64,000 nucleotides of DNA from Cyanophora paradoxa CCMP329 (GCA_004431415.1 QPMI01000029.1:124001-188000); one strand, 5' to 3'. Shown: positions 1 to 13,700, numbered from the stretch's first letter. Translations and numbers: made by a program. Notes: generated from the letters alone by a model not told the origin.

Positions 1-3000
1 GCCGTCCTGGAAGCGCTCGCTCGTGACCTCCAGATGGACGTCGTACTCGTCGCCGGGCTTCATGCCTGCCCACAAATTGAACCCATCGCGTGGAGTCAGC
101 ACACGCTGGAAGCAGCAATAGAAACGTAAAGACGCTGTGCTCGCCCAAATCCGCTGGAGTGAAGGGGAAGGTGGACGACGTGTCGGCCCCCGCCGGGAGC
201 GTGACCAGCTGACCGGTGAGCTTGTTCCTCACAGTCCACTTGTGTGACTGCTTGCTCGTGAGTCCGGCCGCTGCGGCCGCTGGCCCGCTGTAGCTCGGGT
301 CCGACGTAGGCGCGGAATCAAGGGTAATGGGGCGGGTAGACGAGGCGGTGCGACCACTGGCGGCAGCGCCGTCGGCGCTTGAGCTCGCCCCCGCAATGCG
401 CGCGACGAGGGGCTCAGGCTCGACGATAACCTTGACCGAAACGCTGGAGGCGAGCGCGGGACTCTGCGAGTTGTCCGTCTGCGAGAATGTCGGAGGTCTA
501 AACGCGCGTCTTCGCATTTGAATTATGACGTACGGCAGTGAAGACTGCATCGTAGACGCCGGGGCGGAGCACTCCGGCGGGAATGGCCAGAGTCGGCTTG
601 GTCACGTCGACGGTGGCAGGCAGGGTGACGCCGGAAATGGTCCATTTCGCGCCCATATCAGCCGAGCGAATCCACTGGTAGTCTCCCGAACCAACAGTCA
701 CTGCGCGAAGACGACGTGCACTCTCAGGAATCTACACTCGCGAGTTCAGCGAGTATTTCCAAGTGCGGACGGAAAGCCGGGTCGTCGGTCTTGCAAACGG
801 TGCGCTGCGCGACGGCCTTGACGATCAACTGGCGATCCGGCTTCGAGTAGACAGTCGTGCCCCCATCAACGGAGACTGCGGGGGGCTGCGCATGCAGCGA
901 TATTAGTTTTGACTGTAGGACACGTAGATACAACCAGCATAGTTAGATGCAGAGCTCAGTTTGAAATCAGACGAGCAGACCCGGCCCGCCGACTTGCGGA
1001 AGACCATGTAGAGGGGCTCGGAGCGGCCGCCCAGAAAGTTCTCCGCGACGACGGAGATGTTGTACAGCGTGTCTGCCAGAGACAATGGGCACGCGCGCAC
1101 GTTAGGGGTTGCGTGGCGATCGCGAAAAGCAAGCTTAAGCAAAATTTAAAGGCGCTCTGGGAATTGTAATCACATTAATTATATATCCAGGTACGCAGGA
1201 AATGACAAGCTAATGAAGCGAGAGCGGACCGACGGCAAGGTTCGCCGGAAGGATGCACTCGGGGCCCGTGATCGCCGTGAGATCCACGCCAGTAAGGGGG
1301 ATCAGGTTGCAGACGGGGCTGGAGGATTCGCAGCCCCATTTGTACTTGACCGGGCGCGGGCCGGCACCGGACACGATGGACGCCCGAAGCACAGTACGCC
1401 GACAGACCGCGGTCTCCGAAGGCCACTGCATCGTGTCCAGTGTCAGCGTCACAACATATGTGCACGCATGTGTGTGCTCAGAAAACGCCCCAGAAGGCAG
1501 CTATTAAAAAGAATTCCTTACGGTTCCTTTGATGACCGGAGTCGGAGGGGACGCAGGGGGCTCGACGAGGTCGGGGCCAGGCGTGGAGACGGTGGGGTCG
1601 AGCTCGTGTTTGATGGGCTCGCGGAAGTTCAGCTGCTCCTTGGGCACGATCGTCGCGTCGCTCGAGGTCTGCGCAGATGGATCCGCGGATCGAAATCGCG
1701 ATCAAGCAAGGAGCGATTGCATATCAAACGTTAACAAATAAAACGCGCACGACAAAGACGAGCTTGTTGGGGGCGGCCCAGAAGGCCGTGGCGCCCGTCC
1801 CCAGCTTCTTCGCGTCTACGTCCGTCAGGTACGTCGACGCCGGTACCCGCTCCGCCGTCCGGACGGTGGGTGCCGTGAACGTGACCGCGATTTCGCGACC
1901 TGCGCATGGAATCAACGGCCAGAAACTAGTATCAAACATGAGGAGAAGCAGTCTGATATCTTCCATTTATATATATATATAGAGTCCTGTTAACTGGAGA
2001 CGAAACGTGCAGACCCGTGTTATCAAATTCTGCGCGTTGGATGGCGATCCTCCTCGGGGGCGGGGCTATCGGGCTGGCCGTCGGGCTGGGGCTCGCAGTC
2101 GCGAAAGCGATCGGCGTCGCCGTCGGGCTGGGGCTCGCAGACGGCGTCTCTGTCGGGCTCGGACTCGGGCTCGGGCTCGGGCTTGCAGTCGGGCTCGGAA
2201 TCGGGCTCGGACTCGGGCTTGCAGTCGGGCTCGGACTCGGGCTTGCAGTAGGGCTCGGACTCGGGCTTGCAGTAGGGCTCGGACTCGGGCTTGCAGTAGG
2301 GCTCGGACTCGGGCTTGCAGTAGGGCTCGGACTCGGGCTGGGCGTGGCCGCTGGTACGGCTCCGGGGCACGGAGGTGCAGCCGCACACGTGGACGGTGCC
2401 GAGGTTCCGATGCCAACTGACTCGCGGATAAGAACTTCAGCTCGGGAAACAGAGGGGCGTCCTTGATATTCGCGCACGCGAGACTTTGTACAGGTCGGAC
2501 GATACAACCGTAGGAGAAGCATATGGAAAGCTTGTCTGGCCTCCAAATATCTGGAGCGTGTAGAATTAAATAAAAACTACGGGCTTCATAATTACGAGAG
2601 AGGCTACGTATACGTATACGGCGAGGCGGGCGAGCGCACATAGAGCGAGCACGAGCACTCGTCCGAGTCGTAGGCAACAAAGTATCGCGCCGGCATCAAG
2701 TCGGAAGCATTCGCCAATTTTGTGCTGCCATACCCTCCAGCTGCGTTACCGTTAACGTTGGAGCTCGAGTTCGTAATTCCGGGTTCGATTTGTGAATAAA
2801 AAGGGACTTACATGCCACGTCGATGTATGATGAATAGACGACTTCATTGGTTGCCGCCGTTGCGCCTTTGATGTACCAGAACACAGAGTTCGGAGACCCG
2901 CACGCGCCCATTCCAACTTTTGGAAGTCATAGAACTCGCGTGAGTACGCTGGTGCGAGTATATATATCCAGCATGCAGCGCACTTGTATGGAGCCAGACG

Positions 3001-5269
3001 CCATAAGGTTCATTAGCACCGGGTGCGCCCGTGTCGATAGCCGACACACGGGTCATGACCTTGCTGGACGCAGCCAGATCTAGATCTATCACGCTGCGGG
3101 CCCACATCCACGTGCACGTCAGCCATGCAGTAATTGTGCACGCACATGTTGGACCGAAGCTCACTGCACGTCCGATTTGACGTAATAGTAAGCTGCAAAA
3201 GATGTGAGATTAAATTCATATTGGCAGTAATAGGAGATCGATTGCGAGCAAGTATACAGGCGATAGCCAATTTGCGCATGAGAGCGTACCACTTTCGCCG
3301 CCAAGCAGGTACCACTTGGACCCTGTCTTTCAATTTCAGCGTAAAGACGCGCACACAGAAAGGCACACTCGCCGGATCTCGTGCAGGTGATGTGATACCT
3401 GCGCCGCGACGCGAGGGCCAGCCGCGGACGCATGTCAAGATGTGCCGAGGAACAGCACGTACGTATACGCATACGGGGCCTTGCAATTCGCATTATAGAA
3501 AATCACGCACCGGCCTCCATTCCATGACCCGGGGGTGCTGAGAGTTACTTTCTCGAAATTTGAACCTGTGGCCGACACGTTCAACCTGCATGTGCCACGG
3601 TGAAAACAAAGTCAAAAAGCGCGTTCTAGGCCCTTCCATGGTGGCCAGCGTATGGCGCGCGCAGTCCGGCCGCAGTGCGCGCGTGTGTGTAGCTAAAGAC
3701 TCCGGGAATTAAGACTAAAAGTACGCGATTGCAACGGTGCGGATCATTGGATGCGGGGATCGAGAGCCCTCAGGTGCAACTAGATCAGGACTCACCTCCA
3801 GAGCTCGTTATATCCCTGCTCATGACATTCGATCAGTAATAAGCGTGTATATATGCGGTGATAGCTTTGGTATGTACGCACGTTGAGATCGTCCATTGTG
3901 CCCCCTGTGACCCAGAAGCTCCCTGCAAGTATGTGTGCAGATAGAGCCAGGTGACGCATAATTAGTGTGAAAATATATACGAGTGTCTAGTTTTCGCACC
4001 ACCATACACTGTTGAGCACTGCATATCCGTCATGAGAGGAGGAAATAGATCCAGAGAAAGAAAACGCGATAAATTTCGCTTACAGCGCCGTATCGTCCGC
4101 TTGGCTTGGTGCTCATTCCGCTGAACGATGTCGATGTGTCGTCCGTCAAGCTATGGCTCGCATTATCGACTTTGAAGCTCCATAAGTCGTTAGAGTATCC
4201 GCTCAGCTTCTTCCCTCCTGTCGACGTACACGCGGGGCGCAGTCCGATGCATATGGTCATGATCAAATCATGCCTAACCCCATGTCCCCGGCCCGCCCCG
4301 CGGCTGCGCGCACCAAAGCAGTATATCTGTGCATCGATAACTTTAGTTGCGCTATAGATAGCGTCAGTGGCGCAGCGCGAGCACTCATTATCAATGCAGC
4401 GGCGACGCACTTTGGTGTTTTGTATATCGTAGGAGCATTTGCTATAAAAAACCTGCAACCGGATATCGATCATGCCATGGCTCGGGGGCCGCGGGCACTA
4501 CTGATCATGGTTCTGATAGATATCATCGGATCGCGATCGCGATGGTCTGATTGATGAGCTCGAGAACATTGTGGACGCTAGCTAGCTGTTATTGTTATTA
4601 TTAACACTAGACTACGGAGCAAGGCCAAGGCCGCGCGCGCCGCGGCGGTCCTGCTGGCCATGGCTGCGCGGACCGGGCTGCGCGGACCGAGGTCGATCCG
4701 ATGATCCAGAGGGTGGACGGTGTTGCCAAGGGGGACGAGGAGCTCGCCCCCCCCAGGAGATACGACCGTACAGGCGCGCGGGCAACGCGAAGTTAAAGCC
4801 CTCGGCCGCATCGCATGCAGCAACATTATGATAGGCGGACAGGGACTCGGATCGGGATCCGAACGCGGTCGTCGGAGTTGCGCATATTTGTGCGCGCACC
4901 AAGCCCTTCGAACTCGGCACGCAGGGATCTCGAACGAGGACCGCACTTGCCCCCAATCGCCCGTAACCAGAAAACGTTGCAATCTTGGACACCCTCTGGC
5001 AGTAAGATCCGGCCTCTGCGCACCCACAGGAATCGGCGTGAGCGCGGTCGCATGCAGCCGCTGAGCGTGAGCCGCTGATCATGAGCGCGGTCCGTTAGCA
5101 GCGCACCGCAGTCGCCATTCGTCTGCAGAGCCGCGTCCGCACTGAGAAAAGCGATGCCGAAGCTGATCACGATGCTCACGATGACAGCGAGCTCAAACCG
5201 AAGGGCGGCCGCGGGTAGCCATGGCCGTGCACGTGTACACATGGCTGTACGCTGATCATGACTGGTCAT
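1..5269 (-). CDS. Multi-exon extracellular protein: signal/anchor, kelch-like repeats, (SPSPTA)n linker, REJ/PKD-like domain; runs off the left edge; 5' half looks degraded
   Basis: N-terminal hydrophobic stretch AVIVSIVISFGIAFLSADA. Kelch-like GGKKLSGYSNDLWSF...PSGRYG at ~4.1-4.2 kb. Pro/Ser/Thr stalk at 2.07-2.35 kb. REJ-like exons (RASIVSGAGPRPVKYKW, YNISVVAENFLGGRS, LAIPAGVLRPGVY) separated by short introns. Exons between 2.6 and 5 kb do not splice cleanly, so this may be two genes or a pseudogene. Confidence 0.55.
2070..2342. repeat. Coding 24-bp tandem repeat (GGGCTCGGACTCGGGCTTGCAGTA) encoding SPSPSPTA
   Basis: Several near-perfect tandem units visible directly; translates to a mucin/extensin-like linker on the minus strand. 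Confidence 0.95.
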
Positions 5270-5628
5270 CGCTGCGCGGGATTCGCGGCGGGGCCGAACA
5301 TTAATATTGACAGCTAGCGCGCGCTGCATGCATGCGAATATGCCTAGCTCAAGATCTGATACTCAGGTCGCTAGCTATAGATGCGTATATAGTGCGTAGG
5401 CTGGATATAAACCTCTAGATCTGCGCATGCGATCTCGCGCTCGCGCGCACATCGAGCTCGCGATCGTGCGCCGGTGCCTGTGCCGCGGTGCTGCCGCAGT
5501 GCGCGCGGGTGCCGCAGTGCTGCGCATGCTGCCGCCCGGCGTGCCGGAACCCCGCGGCCGCGGGCTGTCCCCAGTGACTCCACTATGACTCTATGAGTCC
5601 ACATGTACCGTGTACTACTACTACGGTA

Positions 5629-5888
5629 ACAGGAAAATACTGGACGTTGAAAAATAGTGGAGCCGGAAATCTACTAAGTCCACTAATCTTGGACTGAAAT
5701 CTAATTCCCTGATGGTAAGCGGCCTCAATACTATACCGGTACCCCCCACAATTATAATTACAGCTCCATACAAGTCTGAAACTTTTAATTTACGATCCAC
5801 TAATTTCGGGCTCCAGTATTATGCCAATTTGTTTAAAGGGAGGGCCAAATTTTACGATCCACTTATTTCCGATCTGGTATTTTCCTGA
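5629..5888. mobile_element. Degenerate MITE-like element (CAGGAAAATAC...GTATTTTCCTG ends, internal TCCACTAAT motifs)
   Basis: Inverted ends and repeated subterminal motif; related copy at ~35,570-35,810; contains CCATACAAG, the reverse complement of the core of the 6,704 and 35,211 MITEs. Confidence 0.55.
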
Positions 5889-6117
5889 ACATGAAACACG
5901 GTACCGGTACAGTGCCACGGTGAGAGTCCACATTATGGGAGTATATTTTCAAGGCCGATAGGCTTATAATTACAGCCTGCAGTACAGGACTCCGACGGTC
6001 ACCGGCCCGGCGGGTCCGGATCCGGGATCGGAATCATCGTTGCATCGGACAGATCTGGAGTCTGGACTCCGGGACTCGACTCACTCGAGCCACTCGATGC
6101 GCATGAGCGCACGTGCC

Positions 6118-6315
6118 ACAGTGCTGACTCTGCAGTGAGTCTGCACTGAGCTCGAGTCGAGTCTGCAGAGTCTGCACTGACTCTGCAGTGTCTGCACTGA
6201 GTCTGCACTGACTCTGCAGGTGTGACTGCCTGCACAGTCTGCACTACTCTGCAGTGAGTCTGCACTGCTGAGTCAGTGGGGACTCAGTGCTGAGTCACTG
6301 CTGACTCAGTGCTGA
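6118..6315. repeat. Low-complexity quasi-palindromic array (CTGCAGTGAGTCTGCACTGA-like units)
   Basis: Repeated CTGCAG, TGAGTC and GACTC units in both orientations. Confidence 0.8.
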
Positions 6316-6354
6316 TCATGATTCATGAGTGCCCGGGGGGCCGGCGGGGGCCGG

Positions 6355-6692
6355 AATCGACTCGGCGACGACTCGGCGTCGAGTCGGCGAGTCGGGACTC
6401 GGGAGTTAAAAAAAAATTTTGAACCGTGTTTTTCGTTTAAATTCTCAGAGTCTCGAGTTTTGTACATGCATATGTAAATGCAGATCCCGATTAATATTCC
6501 CGACTCTACCGGCTGGTAATTTCCCGAGTCACGGAGTCCCGACTCCCGACAGGACCCGACTCCCGAGCCCCTCGGACTCTGGCTCGGAGGGCCGAGTCCC
6601 GACTCCCGAGTCCCGACTCCCGAGTGCCACGTCCGTTGGAGACTCGAAGAGTCGCCGAGTCACGTCAGAGCCTCCAGCTCGAGTCGGAGACT
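6355..6692. repeat. CCCGACTCCCGAG / GAGTCGGGA repeat cluster, possibly a foldback remnant
   Basis: Many GACTC/GAGTC-centred units in both orientations around an AT-rich spacer. Confidence 0.6.
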
Positions 6693-6703
6693 GGTACCGT
6701 ATA

Positions 6704-6964
6704 CCGTGTAACACTAAATTAACAGCCCGTTAATTAACAGGTTATAAAATCTGGCCCTCCCTTAGGCGAAATAACAGAGTCCCAAATTAACAGACTGAAA
6801 CATTTGGGCTTGTATGGGGCGGTAATCTTGGGGGGTAGATTGTATGGGACGACTGAACAGGAGCGAATTAGCAGAGTCCCAAATTAACAGACTGTGTCAA
6901 ATTTTCGGTCTGTTAATTTAGGACTCTGTTAATTAAGTGAGTCCAGTAATTATGTGTTACACGG
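6704..6964. mobile_element. MITE, Tc1/mariner-pogo type (TA TSD, CCGT termini)
   Basis: TA|CCGTGTAACAC...GTGTTACACGG|TA; 261 bp; repeated AATTAACAG motifs pointing inward from both ends. Confidence 0.85.
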
Positions 6965-7169
6965 TACTAGTACGTACCGTGACTACTACTACCGTCACGA
7001 CGTACTGGTACCTGGCACTACCTGCAGGCTGCAGGCTGCAGCCTGCACTGCCCTGCAGCTGGCCATGCCATGATGGAGGGCCATTGGCCATGGAGGCTGG
7101 AGAAGGCCCCTACTACTAGGCTACTACTACTAGGCTACTAGCCTAGTAGTCCCCGAGGGGTTCCGAAAG

Positions 7170-7687
7170 ACAAGCGAGTCCCTGCGGAGCAGGAGTACCA
7201 TGGCCTTGGGTGTTGGGGCTTCGAGGCGTGAGGGTGGCAGTGTGGGCACTGTGTGGCACACTGGCACCGTGGCAGGCACTGGCAGCTCTTTGCGAGTTGT
7301 TTTTAAACGGGGGCAGATCAATTAGCCGCTCGCAATTGAAAGAATTGTTGGCAATCGTACGCGTTTGACGAACGTTTGGCCGATCACAACATCAATGATT
7401 GAATCACCAAAAAACTCTGTTCGTGTGAATCGCGATCGACGATCGATCAACGTCGACGTGAAGACGGCCGATTGGGCCCCGCATCGATATCTGTACACTT
7501 ACAGCACAGTTCTGTACCCTCTCACTTGAGTGTGTACCCTTGCCGAGTGGACCCCCCTATTTCTCCTCCCCCCTCCACCGTAACCGCGCGCGATTGCGGG
7601 CCCCGTTTTAAAACAAAGAGCGGCCACCCTCACGCCTTGAGACCCCAAGACCCAAGGCCACTCCTGCTCCGCAGGGACTCGCTTGTT
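7170..7687. mobile_element. Foldback element with ~90-140 bp inverted arms
   Basis: 7,170-7,315 (ACAAGCGAGTCCCTGCGGAGCAGGAGT...GTTTTTAAACGGGG) is the reverse complement of 7,599-7,687, apart from insertions in the left arm. Confidence 0.75.
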
Positions 7688-7695
7688 TCAAGTTA

Positions 7696-7753
7696 TTATC
7701 AACGTATATACGTATGTAAATAACATTGTCTTCAGGCCACGGTAGTCGTTGGC
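7696..7753. repeat. Dispersed repeat; inverted partial copies at ~29,500-29,520 and ~29,614-29,665
   Basis: TATCAACGTATATACGTATGTAAATAACATTGTCTTCAGGCCACGGTAGTCGTTGGC matches the reverse complement of the 29.5-29.7 kb segments. Confidence 0.8.
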
Positions 7754-9718
7754 TAGTGTACATTAAGCGCACAGACAGCAGTTGCGCTAGTTGCGGCATT
7801 TACGTCTTTACGTCGACGTACGCGTCGACGCTCGCCGAGGCTGAGCTTCAAAGGCTAAAACATGCTCAAGCTTGATACCGCCGCGGGGACCTTCTATATA
7901 TAGCTAGATATCGTTTCCCTCCTCGTCTTTGGCATTTCGCCGCTCGGCCCGTCAGCGCGCCAGCCCAACAACCACCCCGGCCCCAGCCCGCCGCCGCCTC
8001 TCTACATATAAGCCACTCTAGCCTATCATAGTATGGTCAAGCGTGACCCAGGCTCCTGTGCGCGGGCCAAGGCAGGTCGGACGCGGCGGATTGCGCATAC
8101 CGCAGACTCCCGGAGAGAGTCCGCAGTGCGCGCGCCATGCCATGATGGCAGGTCGGCCCCACTAGTGCTCAGAGGGATGGAGGAGTTGATCGAGGGGTGG
8201 GCGCATGGGACTGGCTATAGCTACGGCTATCACCGAAAACCATGTCTCCCCCACTCAGGCGAACCTCCCATATTGAGCGACCCATGGCCGGCATCTGGCT
8301 AGCATCTTCGGCTACTAGGCTAGTTAGCTGATCGGTCGGAAGGGCACGTCACGTAGAACATTGGTATATGTGCCGTGGTGTACCAATGCTACGTCGACGT
8401 CCACTTTTGCAAAAAAAGGGCCATATGCATGGCAGGTCGGACGTCCGACGGCCGATGCCGCACGCCACGCGATCGTCGCTTAGCTGCAGGTGCTTCTCGA
8501 TCGCATAATCATGAATTTTCATTTCGATTTCTGCGCGCAAATTTCTTTCGGTACGTGTACGCGGAACCTTCGGGACGTTGACGTCATCAGCAAATGCATG
8601 TGCTAGTATGGGGGCTGCCGGGGCCCGGGGAGCTTGCCCCCCGGCCCCTGAGTGTTGTCTTTTGAACGATTCGAGTCTCAGAGTCTAATCGTCGACCGTG
8701 TGGTCAAGTCAAAGAAAAGTTGACTCAGTGAGCTAGCCTTCAAGCTTGCGGGCCAAGCTGCGGCTACTCATCAGCCTGGGCCGCGCGGCCTACTAGTCAC
8801 TGAGTAAATTGCCGCCCAATGATCCAGTACTAGTTTGAGAAATTTTTAATTATAAATGCTTTCCTCGCGGATCAGACCTCGTTAAGATTCTTCAAGCTTG
8901 AAAAGCTTAAGGCGAGCGTAAACGCGAGCCAGAACCGAGCCGCTGAGCGTCACGGCGTTACCGAGGCATATATATCCGATTGATTCGCATAGTGCTAGCG
9001 CTGCATTCCTGGGATTCTTGGCCGAAATGGGGGAATTCCTCGGATGGGGACAACGCTGCAGCTGCAGGAACAAAGAAATGGAAACGCTGAAACGGCTGAA
9101 CTTCGAGATCTGTACATCCGTAGCCTGTAGGCCGCCGTCGCCCTCGCCGCCGCCGCTGCAGCCAGCGCGCGCGCACGTTCACGGTCCCAGGTCCGTCTTC
9201 GGCCGGCGGTGGCCACGACCACGACCGCCCGCGGCCGCACACCGACGCCCAGCCTCGGCCTCGGCCTCAGCCGTCGTCCCGCGGGGCCGGCTCCGCCCGG
9301 ATCCCCCCGCCCTCCGCCCCCGCCCCCGCCCCCGCCCCCGCCCCCAGCCCCGCGAGGGCCCAGGGGCCCCCGCGGCCGGGCCCGCCCCGCCCCCCGCCTC
9401 GCCCCCCGCCTCCTCCTCGCGCTCGGGCCCGTGCGAGCGCGGGTCGAAGTCGCTCTCGAAGGGGTGCACGTCCCCTGCAAAGATGTCAGCAGCAGAAAAA
9501 GGAGAAGAGGCGTCAGCCGACGATTAGAAATTAAATAGTATCGGACTCGCGATCGATAGGATTCCAGCGTAGTTCTTCAGGAGCGCATGAGAAGCATGCG
9601 AGGCTCTACATCAAATCTCACAGTGCAAGTCCTTAGCGTAAGGAACTTAAAAGGAACTTAAAAAGGAATTTAGCGTAAGCTCCATCATCAGGCTAAATCA
9701 AGTTCAAGATTAATTTAT

Positions 9719-9769
9719 TTTACTACCTACGGGGGGCTCGCCCCATGCACTGTAGTCTCTCAAAAAAGC
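9719..9769 (+). mobile_element. Extremely 5'-truncated non-LTR retrotransposon copy (3' hairpin + A tail)
   Basis: CTACCTACGGGGGGCTCGCCCCA..TGTAGTCTCTCAAAAAA matches the 3' end of the 37,142-39,068 element; flanked by TTAATTTAT at 9,710-9,718 and 9,770-9,778. Confidence 0.75.
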
Positions 9770-10794
9770 TTAATTTATATATTAAAAGTCCCATGTCTCA
9801 TCGAAATCAAAGCCCGCACCGCCGTGGAGGAGGTGGATGAGGAATCCGTCCTCGCGGTCGCGCGCGGCGTGCGCCTGGGGCGGAGAGGGCCGCGGCAGCC
9901 GCGGCGGGCTCGGCGCCGGCGGCCGCAGCGGCGTCGGGCACCGCGCCGCCCGCCGCAGCGCCTGCGCGGGCGGCGTCAGCGTCAGCATCAGGGGAAGAGA
10001 TCGATGGGATCGGGGTGGGGCGAAGCGGGGCGGGGCGCGTGCACGCACGCCCTTCTAATTATGCCCTAAATATATATATATATAGTTCTTCTAAATTTGG
10101 ATCTTTAGTTACGACTCCTCTGGACGGGCTAAGGAATGTGATCGAAGCTCACAGCGGAGGCTATTTATCATCTATCCTCCTTTGGCGGATCTGATTGGGC
10201 GCCCTCTATCCTCCTCGGCGATCTGATTGGGCGCCGCGCTCCTGATTGGGGATCTGATTTTTTTCATCTATCCTCCTCTATCCTCCCCGGCGCCCTGTAA
10301 ACGCGTTCTTCTATTTTTGGATCTGACTTTGACGGGGCGGGGCGGGGGCGGGGACTAGATGGGAGCGGGGCGGGGCGGGGCGCGAGCTCTCTAGAAAACG
10401 GCGGGGGGGCGGGGTTCTCGATGGAAGGGCGGGGCTTTGCGGGGCGGGGCGGGGCGGGGCGCACGGCGGCGGGCAGGCCGCTCTCTGCGACGAGGCGCGA
10501 GAAGTGCGACCCGGGGTCTGCCGAAGGGGGCGGGAGCGGGGCGGGGCGGGCCGGGGCCGAGCGTCAGCCGGCGCCAAAGGGCGGGGCGCGGGGCAGAAGG
10601 GGACGGTAGCCGGGGGCTCCGGGAGCGAGGGGCCCGGGCGCTCAACGGCAATAGCGGTCGCTGAGGACGAGACGACGAGGCGGAGCGTTCTCTATCCTTG
10701 GACCTTCTCTATCCTTCTCTCCACCTCTATCCTCCTCCTCCTCGGCGCCGGCTCCGGCTTCGGCGCCTCGCCCAAGGGGGCATGTGGGGGGGGC

Positions 10795-13700
10795 ACCGGA
10801 GAGGAGGCGCGCAGGCGAGTCGTACTCCACGGCGATCCCCCTGCAGGCGGCGGCCGCGGCCCGCGGTCAGCGGCGGGCATCCCGCTTGAGACGGGCCGGC
10901 CGAGCTCGAGCACACGGGCAAAACGCTGAAGGAGCCTTCTAAGTATTTACTTCGTGGTCTAGCTCTTTTCGAGGCAAGGGCGCGGGGGGGCGTACCCGTC
11001 CATGAAGAGGATGCGGTCGGAGTGGATGATCGTGTCCAGCCGGTGCGCGATCTGCGGGGGAGGCGGGGGGGCGAGAGGCGGGCCATGTCTGTCTGCTGGG
11101 GCCGGGGCCGGGGCGGGGGCCGGGGCCGGGGCGGGCGCCGGGCGGCGGGGGGGCACCTGGAGGATGGTGCAGCCGGCGAACTCGCGGTCGATCGTCTCCA
11201 CGATCAGCCGCTCCGTCTGCCGGGGAGGGAAGGTCGGCGGCTAGACAGCCAGGCGAGGCGCCCCCCGGTATGCGCAGCAGAAGTCGAAGGCAGCGCTAGG
11301 CCTCGAGCTGGGGCCGGGCCGGGGCGCCGCGCGCGCACGGCGGGGTCGACGGCGGCGGTGGCCTCGTCGAGCACGAGCACGCGCGCCCGCCGCAGCGCCA
11401 CCCGCCCCAGGCACAGCAGCTGGGGGGGGGGGGGGGGGGGGGGGGGGTGAGTGGGGGGGGGAGGGGCGGAGGGGGCACCTGCTTCATCCCCAGGCTCCAG
11501 TTGCCGCCGCCCTCTGCGGACACACGCTCGGGTGAGACAGTCTTTGGGGAGTTTGAAGCTAGAGCCTTTTAGCTCAGAAAGCGAAGAGTCGGGGCGGGGG
11601 CGGGGGGGGGGGAAGGGGGAGGGGGAGGGGGTACCGGAGACGGGGGCGTCGAGGGCGCCGGGGCACGAGGCGACGAACTCCCGCAGGTGCGCCACCTGCG
11701 AGGGGGGCTCACCCGAGCTCAAACGGAGCTAAAGAGGAGCCGAAACAAGTGACGCTAAGAAGCCCAGCCGCTAGCAAGCCCAGAAGTGACGCTAGAACAT
11801 TGAAAGGAGCTAGCAAGATCTGAACAAGAAGAAGATCTAGATCTAACATAAGGAAGCGGAGTCTGATCCGAGAGGAAGGGGCTTCGGGCCGCGATCGCGC
11901 CTCGAGGGCGCCAGATCTACATGCCGACCTCGAAGGGAAGCCAAGAGGCTGCTCTAAGAAGCCAAGCCAAGAAGCCAGCTATAAGCTGGGAAGCCAAGAA
12001 ACCCGAACCGGCAAAAGGGACCCTAAGAAGAAACGCTAAGCAAACAAGCCAAGGGCCGCACCTCGAGGGCGCGCCAGAGGTCGGCTTCGGAGTGGCGCCC
12101 GAGGGGGTCCAGGTTGCTCCGCACCGTCCCCCGGAACATCACCGGCTCTGTCGGGAGGGCGGGAGGGGGGGAGGCGCGTCAGCGAGGGGGCACCAGATGG
12201 GCGAAGAAGGAGGAGGAGGAGGAGGAGGAGGAGGAGTAGGCGCTGGCTAGGCATGGTGGGCGAGATTCAGGTTGGCGAGGAGGAGTCGGGCGGGGTGGGT
12301 GAGGGCGGAGGAGGAGGAGGCGCTAGCTAGATAGCTCGCTCGCTCGCGAGCAGTGGGCCTAGACCTCCTGGGTCTGGGCGGGGCGGGGCGGGGTGGGCGG
12401 GCCCTGGGGGATGCGCAGCTCGTGCGGCCCGTGTGGGCGGGGCGGGGTGGGCGCGCCCAAAGGAGGCGCTAGCTTCTTAGCTAGGCTTCTCGCGGGGCGA
12501 AGCGTAAGGCCAAAGGCCAAAGGAGGCGCTAGCTCGCGCGCAGTGGGCTTCTCTAGGAGAAGGCGGGGGCGGGGTGCCGGTGCGCGCCCTGGGGGATGAT
12601 GGCGATGCGGGGGCGGAGCTCGTGCAGCGGCAGCGTCGCCAGGTCCACCTGCAGACGGAGGCGAAGGGAACGTAAGGAAGACTCCGCTAGAGCGGCTAGA
12701 GCGGTCGAAGCGGGGCGGGGCGGGCTTGTAGCGCTTGGATCTAATCTAGTTTAGACTTTAATCCCTCGTGCAGCGGCAGCGTCGCCAGGTCCACTTGCGC
12801 CAGCGAGGCGTAGGCGAGGCGTAGGGACTGCATGTAAGGAAGGCTCCGCTAGGGAGGCTAGCCAGAAGCCCGCACTATGGCTAGCGGAGCCGGCTGGACC
12901 TCGAGGCCATTCCTAGCAGGCTAGCAGGCCGGATGGCCGAGCCAGGCGGTGCGGGGCGGGGCGGGGCGGGCCCCGTCGAGGGCGATGGAGCCGGCGGAGG
13001 GCTCCGCGAGGCGGTACAGCGCCATCAGCAGCGTCGACTTCCCCTGCAGGCGGGGGCGTAAAAGTTGAGCGCATCAGATCGCGCTAGACGGCAAATCGGT
13101 GCCGGGCCGCGTGATCGATCCGACGCGGGGCGGGGGGCCGGTGCAGAGGATGCGGTCATATAAATATGAGATCTGAAAGGGGCCTTCTTCTGGAGCCTCG
13201 CACTCGGGCCGGGCCGAGGAGGCGGCGGGCGCCGACGTCGGCTCGGAGCTCCGAGCTCTGGGCGACTAGGGGGCGGGGGCGCGGGGGTTTGGCGCACGGA
13301 GCCGGTGCGGCCGACGACGCCCACCCGGTGGCCCGCCTGCAGCGCGGCTGTTAGCGTTGGGACGAAGGAGAGGGGAGTAGGAGGGGGGCTGAGCAGGGGC
13401 GCGGGGGCGGGGCGGGACCTAAAAGGGCTTCCTCTAAGGTCCTAAGGGGCTGGGGCGGAGCAGCGGGGGCTGGGCGGGCGCGGGGGCCCCACCTCGATGG
13501 CGAAGGAGACGCCGCGGAGGGCGGGCGGGTGCCCCGGCTGGTAGCTCACCACCACCGACGAGTACCGCAGCTGCGGGGCGGGTGAGAAGGAGGGGCGGCT
13601 TCGATCGGATCCGGAGGCGCATCAGTAATTGGAGGCGGATTCTCGGTGAGGCTTATCAGTTATTATAATATAATGTAAGGAAGCGGAGTATTTAATTAAG

